In this document: one piece after another, positions 27,974 through 37,117 of the stretch
Layout: each line of letters opens with the position of its first letter
How positions within the stretch are numbered: position 1 is the first letter of the stretch
DNA from: Bacteroidales bacterium
GTDB lineage: Bacteria > Bacteroidota > Bacteroidia > Bacteroidales > UBA10428
Assembly (NCBI GenBank): GCA_016934395.1
Contig: JAFGSZ010000008.1
Coordinates: forward strand, 16,421 to 80,420
Direction: 5' to 3'
DNA: 64,000 nucleotides
Notes under the pieces: generated by a model
What the model was told of the DNA's origin: nothing
The model's input: only the letters and a program-made list of their open reading frames with translations
The model's database searches: none
Program-made: the position numbers and the translations under genes

Positions 27974-30900
27974 ATGCTAAACAGGATCATTAAATTCTTT
28001 TTAGATAACAAGATGTTGACCATATTATTATTGGTTGTTTTCATCTTGCTTGGTACCGTTTATGCCCCTTTTAACTGGCATACCGGTCTGTTGCCGCGTA
28101 ATCCTGTCCCGGTAGATGCTATTCCTGACATTGGTGACAACCAGCAGATAGTTGCAACCGAATGGATGGGGCGATCACCGAAAGATATAGAAGACCAGAT
28201 TACGTATCCGTTAACCACTTCGTTACTCGGAATTCCGGGGGTAAAAACCATCAGAAGTACTTCCATGTTTGGAATGTCCTTTATATATATCATTTTCGAA
28301 GATAATATAGAATTTTACTGGAGCCGTTCACGTATCCTGGAAAAACTAAACTCGCTTCCTGCCGGAACATTGCCTGCCGGTGTGCAACCTGCACTGGGAC
28401 CAGACGCTACTGCACTCGGTCAAATATTCTGGTATACACTCGAAGGCCGTGATCCTAAAACCGGAAAGCCAACCGGCGGATGGGATCCGCAGGAATTGCG
28501 CACCGTACAGGATTATTATGTTAAATATACCTTGTCCGCTTCGAAAGGCGTTTCGGAAGTAGCTACCATTGGCGGTTTTGTTAAGGAATATCAGGTAGAC
28601 ATAGACCCCAATGCCATGAAAGCCTATGGCGTTTCCGTAATGGACATAATGAAAGCCGTTAAAAACAGTAACCTGGATATTGGTGCAGAAACCATCGAAT
28701 TGAATAAAGTGGAATATGTAATCCGGGGTTTAGGTTATATTAAAAGTCTTGATGATTTAAAGGACGCTGTGGTCTCTGTTAAGAACAATGTCCCGGTGCG
28801 TGTGAGTGATGTGGCAAATGTTACTTTTGGCCCGGCTACACGACGTGGAGGACTTGACAAAGACGGTGTAGAGGCTGTCGGCGCAGCCGTTATCGCCCGC
28901 TATGGCTCCAATCCAATGGAGGTCATTAATAATGTAAAGAAGAAAATTGAAGAAATTGCACCGGGTTTGCCTCAAAAAACACTGGAAGATGGTACGGTTT
29001 CGAAAGTAACTGTTATACCGTTTTATGATCGCACGGGATTAATAAAAGAGACCATTGGTACACTTGAATCAGCGCTTTCTCATGAAATTTTGATTGCAAT
29101 TATCGTCATCATATTTTTGGTGCTGAATCTGAGGGCATCCATTTTAATCTCATCGCTTCTCCCGGTGGCAGTACTCATGACTTTTATCGTTATGAAATGG
29201 GCAGGTGTTGAAGCCAACATTGTGGCGCTCTCGGGTATTGCCATTGCCATTGGTGTAATGGTGGATGTAGGAATTGTTTTTGTTGAGAACATCCTCAGGC
29301 ACCTGGAAATGCCTGAAAACACCGATGCGAAGGGGAAACACCTTGTTTCAGTTATTTATTGTGCAACAGTAGAAGTATCCTCAGCAATTACAACGGCTTT
29401 GGGAACAACCATTGTTAGTTTCCTGCCGGTATTTGCCATGCAGGCCGCTGAAGGTAAACTTTTTCGTCCCCTGGCATTTACCAAAACATTTGCCCTGCTG
29501 GCCTCATTTTTACTCGGTATTATTGTGTTACCCACCCTGGCCAACATTATATTCTCTGTTAAATTTGATAAAAAAAGAATACACCGGATATTCAATAGTA
29601 TATTAATAGCAGCCGGAATCCTGTTTGCAATAGGCTGGGGACAAATACCAGCGCTGGCGCTGGTACTCATCGGGTTGAACAATCTTTTTGAATCGAGGTG
29701 GCCCGAAAGCCGCAAGGCCATGACCAATTATATTAACATTGGGATTACATTATTGGTAGCAGTGTGGTACCTGAGCATCGAATGGTTGCCACTTGGCGCC
29801 GGAAACAGCAATATAACCAATTATTTATTTGTTGCGATTTTAATTGCCTTAGTACTTACGGTTCTTTTACTAATAGTTCATTTTTATGTTCCTATTCTGC
29901 GCTGGGCATTACAGCATAAATGGAAATTTATGGCAATACCCATTTTTACCATTGTTTTTGGAGCGTTGGCCTGGCAGGGAACTGATCGAATATTTGGGTT
30001 TCTGCCGATAACCGTAAAAGAATCGTCTGCGTGGCAATCCATAAATCGCACATTCCCGGGAATTGGAAAAGAATTTATGCCGGCTCTTGACGAAGGATCA
30101 TTTTTATTGATGCCCACCAGCATGCCTCATAGTGGAATCGAAAAAAACCGGGAGTATGTTGAGATACTCGATAAACGGCTGTCCACAATTCCTGAAGTAG
30201 AACTTGCTGTCGGGAAATGGGGGCGCATTAATTCAGCCCTGGATCCGGCTCCTGTGCAAATGTTTGAAAACACTATCAATTATGTATCTGAATATATTTT
30301 GGATGAAGATGGCCAAAGAATGGGGTTTAAAGTAGACAAAGACGGGAGTTTTATTTTAACAGACGGGACTACCTATAATCCGAAACGGGACGGATTCAGA
30401 AAAATTAAACAGGAACAACTTATTCCGGATAAAAACGGGGATAATTTGCGGCAATGGCGTCCCGAAATTAAAACGCCGGATGACATTTGGAACGAAATTG
30501 TCAAAGTGACCAATATCCCGGGGCTAACCTCAGCCCCAAAACTTCAACCCATTCAAACACGGCTCGTTATGTTGTCTACCGGAATGCGGGCTCCTATGGG
30601 ATTGAAAGTTTTTGGTCCTGATCTGGAAAGTATTGAAGAAGCAGGTATTCAGCTTGAAACGATACTTAAAGAAGTTCCATCTGTAATGTCATCTTCAGTA
30701 TTTTACGACCGTGCAGTTGGGGCTCCGTATATTGAAATTAAACTCAACCGAAAAGCCCTGGCACGTTACGGATTGACCATTAATGAAGTTCAGGAAATAC
30801 TTCAGGTAGCAGTTGGTGGCATGGCGCTAACCACCACAGTGGAAGGCCGTGAACGATTCCCGGTAAGGGTAAGATATGCCCGTGAATTGAGGAGCACACC

Positions 30901-31792
30901 CGAAGAAATAAAAAAGATCCTGGTTCCAACAAAAACCGGGACTCAAGTTCCCTTAGGTGAATTGACAGATATTTCCTATACCCGTGGCCCGCAAATGATC
31001 CGCAGCGAAAATACCTTTTTAAATGGGTATGTAATTTTCGATAAAGTAGCCAGAAAAGCTGAAGTGGATGTTGTTGAAGATGCTCAGAATTTTCTGAAAG
31101 ATAAAATCGATTCCGGGGAACTGGTTCTTCCCGCAGGTGTTAGTTATGCTTTTGCTGGCAACTACGAGCAGCAAATACGTGCTACAAAAAGGTTGGCTAT
31201 TATAATTCCTATAAGTTTGATGCTGGTATTTTTACTTCTGTACTTTCAGTTTAAAACTTTTACGGCTTCATCCATACACTTTTCAGGAGTTTTTGTAGCC
31301 TTTGCAGGAGGTTTTATCATGTTGTGGTTGTATAGCCAACCCTGGTTTTTAAACTTTTCAGTAGCCGGGGTCGATATGAGGCATCTGTTCCAGATCCATA
31401 CTATCAATCTTAGTGTTGCGGTCTGGGTAGGATTTATTGCCTTGTTTGGCATTGCAACAGACGATGGCGTGATCATGGGAACATACATCCACCAGGTATT
31501 TGAAGAACGTAAACCAACTACTGTCAATGAAGTTCGTGAAGCAGTAGTAATTGCCGGTAAAAAGCGGGTGCGCCCCGCGATGATGACAGCTGCTGTTGCA
31601 ATAATAGCGCTTTTACCTGTCCTCTCATCTACCGGGAAAGGAGCAGATATTATGGTACCTATGGCTATCCCGACCTTTGGTGGAATGATCATTCAGATTA
31701 TGACCATGTTTGTTGTACCCATACTGCAATGTTTCTGGCGCGAAGGCGAAGTAAAAAAGCCGGAAAAAGAGGCATTAACTATTGAAAATTAA
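27974..31792 (+). CDS. cusA: CusA/CzcA-family heavy-metal efflux RND permease (long form, 1272 aa)
   Basis: Has the RND architecture of two large periplasmic loops and two TM bundles, with HME-type sequence throughout. Extra hydrophobic segments sit in the central linker. Confidence 0.92.
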   Translation: MLNRIIKFFLDNKMLTILLLVVFILLGTVYAPFNWHTGLLPRNPVPVDAIPDIGDNQQIVATEWMGRSPKDIEDQITYPLTTSLLGIPGVKTIRSTSMFGMSFIYIIFEDNIEFYWSRSRILEKLNSLPAGTLPAGVQPALGPDATALGQIFWYTLEGRDPKTGKPTGGWDPQELRTVQDYYVKYTLSASKGVSEVATIGGFVKEYQVDIDPNAMKAYGVSVMDIMKAVKNSNLDIGAETIELNKVEYVIRGLGYIKSLDDLKDAVVSVKNNVPVRVSDVANVTFGPATRRGGLDKDGVEAVGAAVIARYGSNPMEVINNVKKKIEEIAPGLPQKTLEDGTVSKVTVIPFYDRTGLIKETIGTLESALSHEILIAIIVIIFLVLNLRASILISSLLPVAVLMTFIVMKWAGVEANIVALSGIAIAIGVMVDVGIVFVENILRHLEMPENTDAKGKHLVSVIYCATVEVSSAITTALGTTIVSFLPVFAMQAAEGKLFRPLAFTKTFALLASFLLGIIVLPTLANIIFSVKFDKKRIHRIFNSILIAAGILFAIGWGQIPALALVLIGLNNLFESRWPESRKAMTNYINIGITLLVAVWYLSIEWLPLGAGNSNITNYLFVAILIALVLTVLLLIVHFYVPILRWALQHKWKFMAIPIFTIVFGALAWQGTDRIFGFLPITVKESSAWQSINRTFPGIGKEFMPALDEGSFLLMPTSMPHSGIEKNREYVEILDKRLSTIPEVELAVGKWGRINSALDPAPVQMFENTINYVSEYILDEDGQRMGFKVDKDGSFILTDGTTYNPKRDGFRKIKQEQLIPDKNGDNLRQWRPEIKTPDDIWNEIVKVTNIPGLTSAPKLQPIQTRLVMLSTGMRAPMGLKVFGPDLESIEEAGIQLETILKEVPSVMSSSVFYDRAVGAPYIEIKLNRKALARYGLTINEVQEILQVAVGGMALTTTVEGRERFPVRVRYARELRSTPEEIKKILVPTKTGTQVPLGELTDISYTRGPQMIRSENTFLNGYVIFDKVARKAEVDVVEDAQNFLKDKIDSGELVLPAGVSYAFAGNYEQQIRATKRLAIIIPISLMLVFLLLYFQFKTFTASSIHFSGVFVAFAGGFIMLWLYSQPWFLNFSVAGVDMRHLFQIHTINLSVAVWVGFIALFGIATDDGVIMGTYIHQVFEERKPTTVNEVREAVVIAGKKRVRPAMMTAAVAIIALLPVLSSTGKGADIMVPMAIPTFGGMIIQIMTMFVVPILQCFWREGEVKKPEKEALTIEN

Positions 31793-33233
31793 AAATATGA
31801 AAAACATCAGAATATTTATAATTGTTATCATCCTGTTTGCAGTTATTAAATCCGGTTTGGGACAGGAATCCGATAGTCAGTCGTTGGATAATTATCTGGA
31901 AATAGCAGCAAAAAATAACCCGGAGGTAAAAGCAGCCTTTAATCAATATCTGGCGGCATTGGAAAAAGTTCCCCAGGTGGGCTCACTCCCTGATCCACAG
32001 GCAAGCTTTGGATTTTTTATCAAACCGATGGAACTTTTAGGAGGAACCCAGAGAGGTAATATCCAGATAATGCAGATGTTCCCGTGGTTTGGTACACTAA
32101 AATCGGCTAAAGATGAAGCATCTATGATGGCATTGGCCAAATATGAGGTTTTTAATGCCACAAAGTCAGAATTGTTTTATCAGGTTAAATCAGCCTGGTA
32201 TTCATTAATGAAGTTCGACAGGGAAACAAAACTTGTAAACGAAAATATAGAGTTACTGGAATCGCTCGAAAAGCTGGCATTGGTGAAGTTTGAATCCCCT
32301 GAAACAGCAATTTTTTCCTCAACCATGCAGGGAACCTCTAATACGGGCAATTCAGGAAATACTATGAATTCTTCAGGTAAATCCATGAGCGGCATGAACA
32401 ATGCAGGTGTTTTAAATGCACAAACATCCGGAAATACATCCGCTTCGGCCATGTCTGAGGGTATGAACAACCAACAGGGTGGATTGCAGGATGTACTCAG
32501 GGTGAAAATGGAAATACTTGAACTAAAGAACAGGCTGGCCCTGCTAAATGATCAAAGGCAGACAGAACAGGTTAATTTAAATTCCTTACTGAACCGCGAC
32601 TTGGAAACAAATGTACTCATTTCTGATTCGTTGATCATTCATCCATTACCGGTTAACAGGATGACTATTCCCGATAGCATATTAAGCAATAATCCCATGT
32701 TGGCTATGCTTAAAAACGAAGCGAACTCTTATTCCTTAATGGAAGAAAAAGAAAAAAAAATGGGATTGCCGATGGTAGGTATCGGTTTGAATTATATGCT
32801 CATTCAGGAACGGGAAGGAAACACAGCTGTGATGAATGGCAAAGATATGCTCATGCCAATGGTCTCAGTTTCCATTCCAGTTTACAGGAAGAAATACCAT
32901 GCTAAACAAAAGGAGGCGCGTTTAATGCAGGAAGCAACCAACGAACAATCTGCAAATCTTAAAAACAACCTGATGGTTCAATACAGGTTATTCATTCAAA
33001 GTCTGGAAGATGCCGAAAGACGAATTACATTATATGAAGAACAGGAAAAACTGGCAAAGAAAACAACAGATATATTAATATCGGGATTTACTACATCCGG
33101 TAAAAATTATGAAGAGGTGTTGCGCATGCAGCAAAAAGTACTCGATTACAGCTTTAAACATATCGAGGCTATTGCAGATTATAATACTTCTGTGGCAATG
33201 GCAGAGAAATTAATGAATTCGCAAAATTTTTAA
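31782..33233 (+). CDS. TolC-family outer membrane efflux factor (CusC-like)
   Basis: Has a signal peptide, the typical N-terminal LDNYLEIAAKNNPEVKAA and two coiled-coil/barrel repeats. It overlaps the end of cusA. Confidence 0.85.
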   Translation: MKIKNMKNIRIFIIVIILFAVIKSGLGQESDSQSLDNYLEIAAKNNPEVKAAFNQYLAALEKVPQVGSLPDPQASFGFFIKPMELLGGTQRGNIQIMQMFPWFGTLKSAKDEASMMALAKYEVFNATKSELFYQVKSAWYSLMKFDRETKLVNENIELLESLEKLALVKFESPETAIFSSTMQGTSNTGNSGNTMNSSGKSMSGMNNAGVLNAQTSGNTSASAMSEGMNNQQGGLQDVLRVKMEILELKNRLALLNDQRQTEQVNLNSLLNRDLETNVLISDSLIIHPLPVNRMTIPDSILSNNPMLAMLKNEANSYSLMEEKEKKMGLPMVGIGLNYMLIQEREGNTAVMNGKDMLMPMVSVSIPVYRKKYHAKQKEARLMQEATNEQSANLKNNLMVQYRLFIQSLEDAERRITLYEEQEKLAKKTTDILISGFTTSGKNYEEVLRMQQKVLDYSFKHIEAIADYNTSVAMAEKLMNSQNF

Positions 33234-33244
33234 TACATAAAATC

Positions 33245-34909
33245 ATGAAAACGTTCAATATCCTTTCTAATAAATATATAAAAAGCAGCTTATTTGTGGC
33301 AGCAGGCCTGTTGATTGGCTGGTTATTATTCTACCATTCCTCAAATGTAACTGTAGAAGGAGCACATCAGGAAACATTACATGAACATATCGGAACAGAA
33401 AAAACTATATGGACATGTGCCATGCACCCACAGATAAGAATGAACAAACCCGGCAAGTGCCCTATTTGCGGTATGGAATTAATCCCTTTACAAAAATCAG
33501 ATGCCGAAATTGATGACAATGCCATTGAAATGAGTGAGTCGGCTATAAAATTGGCAGAAGTTCAAACCTCAATTGCCGGTATAGGAAATGCGACAAAAGA
33601 AGTACAGTTATATGGTAAAATACAGCCAGATGAACGATTGTTGCAGTCCCAGACTGCCCATGTTCCGGGTAGAATTGAGAAACTATACATTAATGTAACA
33701 GGAGAGACTGTGAAAAAAGGACAATTGATTGCCCAAATTTATTCTCCGGAGTTGATCACAGCGCAACAAGAGCTCCTGGAGGCCAAATCCCTGGGTGAAA
33801 AATATCCCAATGTTCTGGATGCAGCCCGTGAAAAACTGAGGAACTGGAAATTGTCGGATAAACAAATTCAGGATATTGAGAAATCCGGCGAGGTAAATGT
33901 TTTGTTCGATATTTATTCCAATACTTCAGGAATTATAACTAACCGGAACGTAAATGAAGGGGACTATGTGACCAGAGGCGCAGTATTATTCGATGTAGCC
34001 GATTTATCGAAAGTATGGGCTGTTTTTGATGCTTATGAATCAGACCTGCCCTGGATACAAATGAGACAGACCGTAAAATTCACCTCACAGGCCATACCCG
34101 GAAAAACCTTTGATGGTAAAATTTCTTTTATTGATCCTGTGATAGACCCGGCAACCCGCATTGCCAGAGTGAGGGTGGAAATAGCGAATCCCGGTTTAGA
34201 ATTGAAACCGGAGTTATTTGTTAATGGAGTTATAAATGCGGGTCAAAATAACACAGATCAACAAATCATTATTCCACAGTCAGCTGTTCTGTGGACAGGA
34301 ACCCGTTCTATAGTTTATGTGAAAATTCCGGGTACTGAAAATCCTTCATTTAAAATGCGGGAAATTACACTAGGAGCCTCAATGAAGGATTCATACGTTG
34401 TGCTGGATGGTTTACATAGCGGCGAAGAAATTGTAACAAATGGAGCATTTAGTGTGGATGCCGCAGCTCAATTAGCAGGTAAGCCCAGCATGATGAACTC
34501 ATCTTCCGCTAAAGCTTCGGATGTTGAACCAAATAATCCTAGTCTTCCAAATAAACATATTCCTGATCAAATGAATATGAAAAACAAGACTGTAGCAAAA
34601 ACAGAGCATAAAATGACTAAAGTACCTGATATAAAAACAAACCCTGAACATGCGATTTTCAACGTATCAGGAAATTGCGACATGTGCAAAGACCGTATAG
34701 AGACGGCCGCAAAATCAGTGGAAGGTGTACTTAACGCCGATTGGGATAAGGAAACTAAAATGATACATCTGTCTTTCAATACATCCAAAACCAGTCTTAT
34801 AGCAATACACAAAGCCATTGCAAAAGCAGGTCACGACACGGATTTGGAAAAAGCACCTGATGATGTTTATAATAAGTTACCAGGATGTTGTCTTTATACT
34901 CGCAAATAA
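33245..34909 (+). CDS. cusB: RND periplasmic adaptor (CusB-like) with an N-terminal Cys-ribbon metal-binding domain and a C-terminal HMA domain
   Basis: Has the adaptor core GKIQPDERLL...GRIEKLYINVTGETVKKGQLIAQIYSPEL. The N-terminus carries CAMHPQIRMNKPGKCPICGMEL and the C-terminus carries GNCDMCKDRIE...GVLNADWD. Confidence 0.88.
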   Translation: MKTFNILSNKYIKSSLFVAAGLLIGWLLFYHSSNVTVEGAHQETLHEHIGTEKTIWTCAMHPQIRMNKPGKCPICGMELIPLQKSDAEIDDNAIEMSESAIKLAEVQTSIAGIGNATKEVQLYGKIQPDERLLQSQTAHVPGRIEKLYINVTGETVKKGQLIAQIYSPELITAQQELLEAKSLGEKYPNVLDAAREKLRNWKLSDKQIQDIEKSGEVNVLFDIYSNTSGIITNRNVNEGDYVTRGAVLFDVADLSKVWAVFDAYESDLPWIQMRQTVKFTSQAIPGKTFDGKISFIDPVIDPATRIARVRVEIANPGLELKPELFVNGVINAGQNNTDQQIIIPQSAVLWTGTRSIVYVKIPGTENPSFKMREITLGASMKDSYVVLDGLHSGEEIVTNGAFSVDAAAQLAGKPSMMNSSSAKASDVEPNNPSLPNKHIPDQMNMKNKTVAKTEHKMTKVPDIKTNPEHAIFNVSGNCDMCKDRIETAAKSVEGVLNADWDKETKMIHLSFNTSKTSLIAIHKAIAKAGHDTDLEKAPDDVYNKLPGCCLYTRK

Positions 34910-34934
34910 ACAATTAAAATTAAATTATGTACCA

Positions 34935-35201
34935 ATGATCATGAAAACAAAAGTAAAAATTATCGTAAGCGCTTTATTAATTGGAACCGGTGTAATGATC
35001 ACTGGTTGTAAAAGCACATCAACAAAAGAAAACACTAAGCTGGAACAGCAGGTCGAAAAAACCCTATACACTTGCCCAATGCATGCCGAAGTTATTCAGG
35101 ACGAACCGGGTAATTGTCCCAAGTGTGGAATGGTACTCATAGAAAAAAGTACTGAAATGAAAGATACACTGGACACTCATGAACATATGAACATGAATTA
35201 G
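34935..35201 (+). CDS. Lipoprotein carrying a single heavy-metal-binding Cys-ribbon domain
   Basis: The in-frame ATG at 34935 gives MIMKTKVKIIVSALLIGTGVMITGC (lipobox), followed by YTCPMHAEVIQDEPGNCPKCGMVL. Confidence 0.75.
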   Translation: MIMKTKVKIIVSALLIGTGVMITGCKSTSTKENTKLEQQVEKTLYTCPMHAEVIQDEPGNCPKCGMVLIEKSTEMKDTLDTHEHMNMN

Positions 35202-35251
35202 CCAATATTTTTTATTGTTGTTTTTGTTGTAGTGATTATGTGGTAGTATCC

Positions 35252-35310
35252 GGATAAACCAACAGCTGGTTGATACATAAAAACAATAGACCTTTGTTTA
35301 TCCTGTTTTT
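35252..35310 (+). terminator. Candidate terminator hairpin between the metal island and rnfA
   Basis: An 8-bp stem GGATAAAC (35252-35259) / GTTTATCC (35296-35303), followed by TGTTTTT. The loop is long at 36 nt. Confidence 0.35.
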
Positions 35311-35348
35311 ATAATATACCTGATAATATAATGCGAAATAAAAATGTA

Positions 35349-35924
35349 TTATTTAACAATCCCGGCAAATCCCATAAAGGCCATTGCCAGTAATCCGGCA
35401 ATAATAAAGGCTATCGGAACACCTTTCATACTCTTGGGGATATCGGCCAGGTCAAGCTGTTCGCGAATTCCGGAAAAAGTAATCAGAGCCAAACCAAATC
35501 CTAAAGCATTTGAAATGGCAAAAACAACGCTTTCGATCAGGTTAAAGTCTTTTTGTACAGCCAGTATGGCCACACCAAGAATGGTACAGTTTGTTGTTAT
35601 AAGCGGTAAAAAAATACCCAGGGCCTGGTATAGTGCCGGGCTTACTTTTTTAAGTATAATCTCAACCAGTTGAACCAGGGCAGCAATTACCAGGATAAAA
35701 GTAACAGTCTGCATAAAAGGTATGCCCAAAGGAAGCAGTACATAATGCTGTAAAATATAAGTTACCATGGTGGCAATTACCATTACAAAAGTAACTGCTC
35801 CAGCCATGCCAAATGCCGTATCTACTTTATTGGAAACGCCAATAAACGGGCAGATCCCCAGGAACTGTGTGAGAACAATATTGTTTACAAATACAGCCGA
35901 TATAATGATCAGTACATATTCCAT
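35349..35924 (-). CDS. rnfA: Rnf electron transport complex subunit A
   Basis: A 191-aa six-helix protein of the RnfA/NqrE family, in the last position of the rnf cluster. Confidence 0.92.
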   Translation of the reverse strand: MEYVLIIISAVFVNNIVLTQFLGICPFIGVSNKVDTAFGMAGAVTFVMVIATMVTYILQHYVLLPLGIPFMQTVTFILVIAALVQLVEIILKKVSPALYQALGIFLPLITTNCTILGVAILAVQKDFNLIESVVFAISNALGFGLALITFSGIREQLDLADIPKSMKGVPIAFIIAGLLAMAFMGFAGIVK

Positions 35925-35930
35925 AATACT

Positions 35931-36542
35931 TTATACTATTTTTTGTTTCCACTTATTCATTAACATAATCAGAAATCCCAGGGCAAGAAATGCGCCCGGA
36001 GGGCTCACAAACATCAGGATGCCGTCACCCTGAATAAACTTGAAACCAAAAACGGAACCGCTTCCCAGTATTTCTCTTACGGAACCCAGTAATGTAAGCG
36101 CAAACGCAAATCCTAATCCCATTCCCAAACCATCAAGCAAGGATGAAAATACACTATTTTTTGAAGCAAAAGCTTCTGCCCTGCCCAACACAATGCAGTT
36201 AACCACAATAAGAGGAATAAAAATCCCCAGCTGATCGTAAAGGCTGGGCTCACCATTTGGCCCCGGAGTATTGGTATAGGCGCTCATTAATAAATCCACA
36301 ATAGTTACAAATGAGGCAATAATTACGATAAACGAAGGTATTCTGACCTTATCGGGAATAACACTGGCCACCAATGAAATTACCAGGTTCGACATGGCAA
36401 GCACAAAGGTAGTGGCAAGACCCATTCCCAATCCGTTGAGTGCCGAGCTGGTGGTCCCCAATGTGGGACACAATCCCAGGAAAAGAACAAATACAGGATT
36501 TTCTTTAACAAATCCCTTGGCGAAATTTTTTAAATTGCTCAT
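35931..36542 (-). CDS. rnfE: Rnf electron transport complex subunit E
   Basis: A 203-aa RnfE/NqrD-like membrane protein. Assigned from sequence and synteny. Confidence 0.92.
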   Translation of the reverse strand: MSNLKNFAKGFVKENPVFVLFLGLCPTLGTTSSALNGLGMGLATTFVLAMSNLVISLVASVIPDKVRIPSFIVIIASFVTIVDLLMSAYTNTPGPNGEPSLYDQLGIFIPLIVVNCIVLGRAEAFASKNSVFSSLLDGLGMGLGFAFALTLLGSVREILGSGSVFGFKFIQGDGILMFVSPPGAFLALGFLIMLMNKWKQKIV

Positions 36543-37117
36543 TGAATACCTCCTTCCTTAAATACAGTATACGCCCGCTGCACAGCATCGCAAAATGCAC
36601 GGGATGAAATAGTGGAAGCTGTTATAGCATCTACATCGCCACCGTCTTTTTTAACACTCAATTTGAAATTATCAGGATTTTTTCCTTCAAACTGTAGACT
36701 GAAATTTGATTTTGATTTTTGCATTTTATCTCCCAGCCCCGGAGTCTCCTTATGTTCAAGTACCGCAATATCATTTATAGTTCCGTCTGGTAAAAACCCG
36801 ACCATAAGCCGAATTGGACCGCCAAATCCTTTGTTGGTAAAGGTTTCTACGGCAACACCTACCAGCTGATCCCCGTTTTTGGCAGGATACAGATACAAGG
36901 TATCGTTATCTGCAACAACTTTTTTAACTTCCTCTCCGGGAAGGTTTGTAAACTCGGGTACGACTTTATGAATTGCCATATTCTTTTTTGCTGATTTGGC
37001 AATAGCAATAGGACCTTTTGTAAATTCATAAATATACCCCAGCGCTGCTGAAGATGCCAGTGTTACCAATAACAGCGTAACCAGCATATTTAGAAATGTA
37101 GATTCTTTCTTAGCCAT
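36539..37117 (-). CDS. rnfG: Rnf electron transport complex subunit G (FMN-binding)
   Basis: Has an N-terminal anchor, an FMN_bind domain and the covalent-FMN site motif DAITASTISS. Confidence 0.9.
   Translation of the reverse strand: MAKKESTFLNMLVTLLLVTLASSAALGYIYEFTKGPIAIAKSAKKNMAIHKVVPEFTNLPGEEVKKVVADNDTLYLYPAKNGDQLVGVAVETFTNKGFGGPIRLMVGFLPDGTINDIAVLEHKETPGLGDKMQKSKSNFSLQFEGKNPDNFKLSVKKDGGDVDAITASTISSRAFCDAVQRAYTVFKEGGIQ

Noticed and set aside
29080-31692. Several 60-150-aa antisense or alternative-frame ORFs inside cusA (for example 29356-29727 and 31246-31692). Similar ORFs occur inside guaB, recG, the rnf genes and tex.
   Set aside because: All are nested within long CDSs with clear family motifs, and none has motifs of its own. 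They are typical shadow ORFs.
32752-32760. An A9 homopolymer inside the TolC-family gene, considered as a possible phase-variation (frameshift) tract.
   Set aside because: Runs of 8-9 A or T occur in many CDSs of this AT-rich window, for example in recG. The reading frame is intact here, and there is no evidence of variability from a single sequence.
34818-34934. The 5' extension of the small lipoprotein ORF that overlaps the end of the adaptor gene.
   Set aside because: The extension has no signal-peptide character. The in-frame ATG at 34935 gives a textbook lipoprotein signal (…VMITGC).
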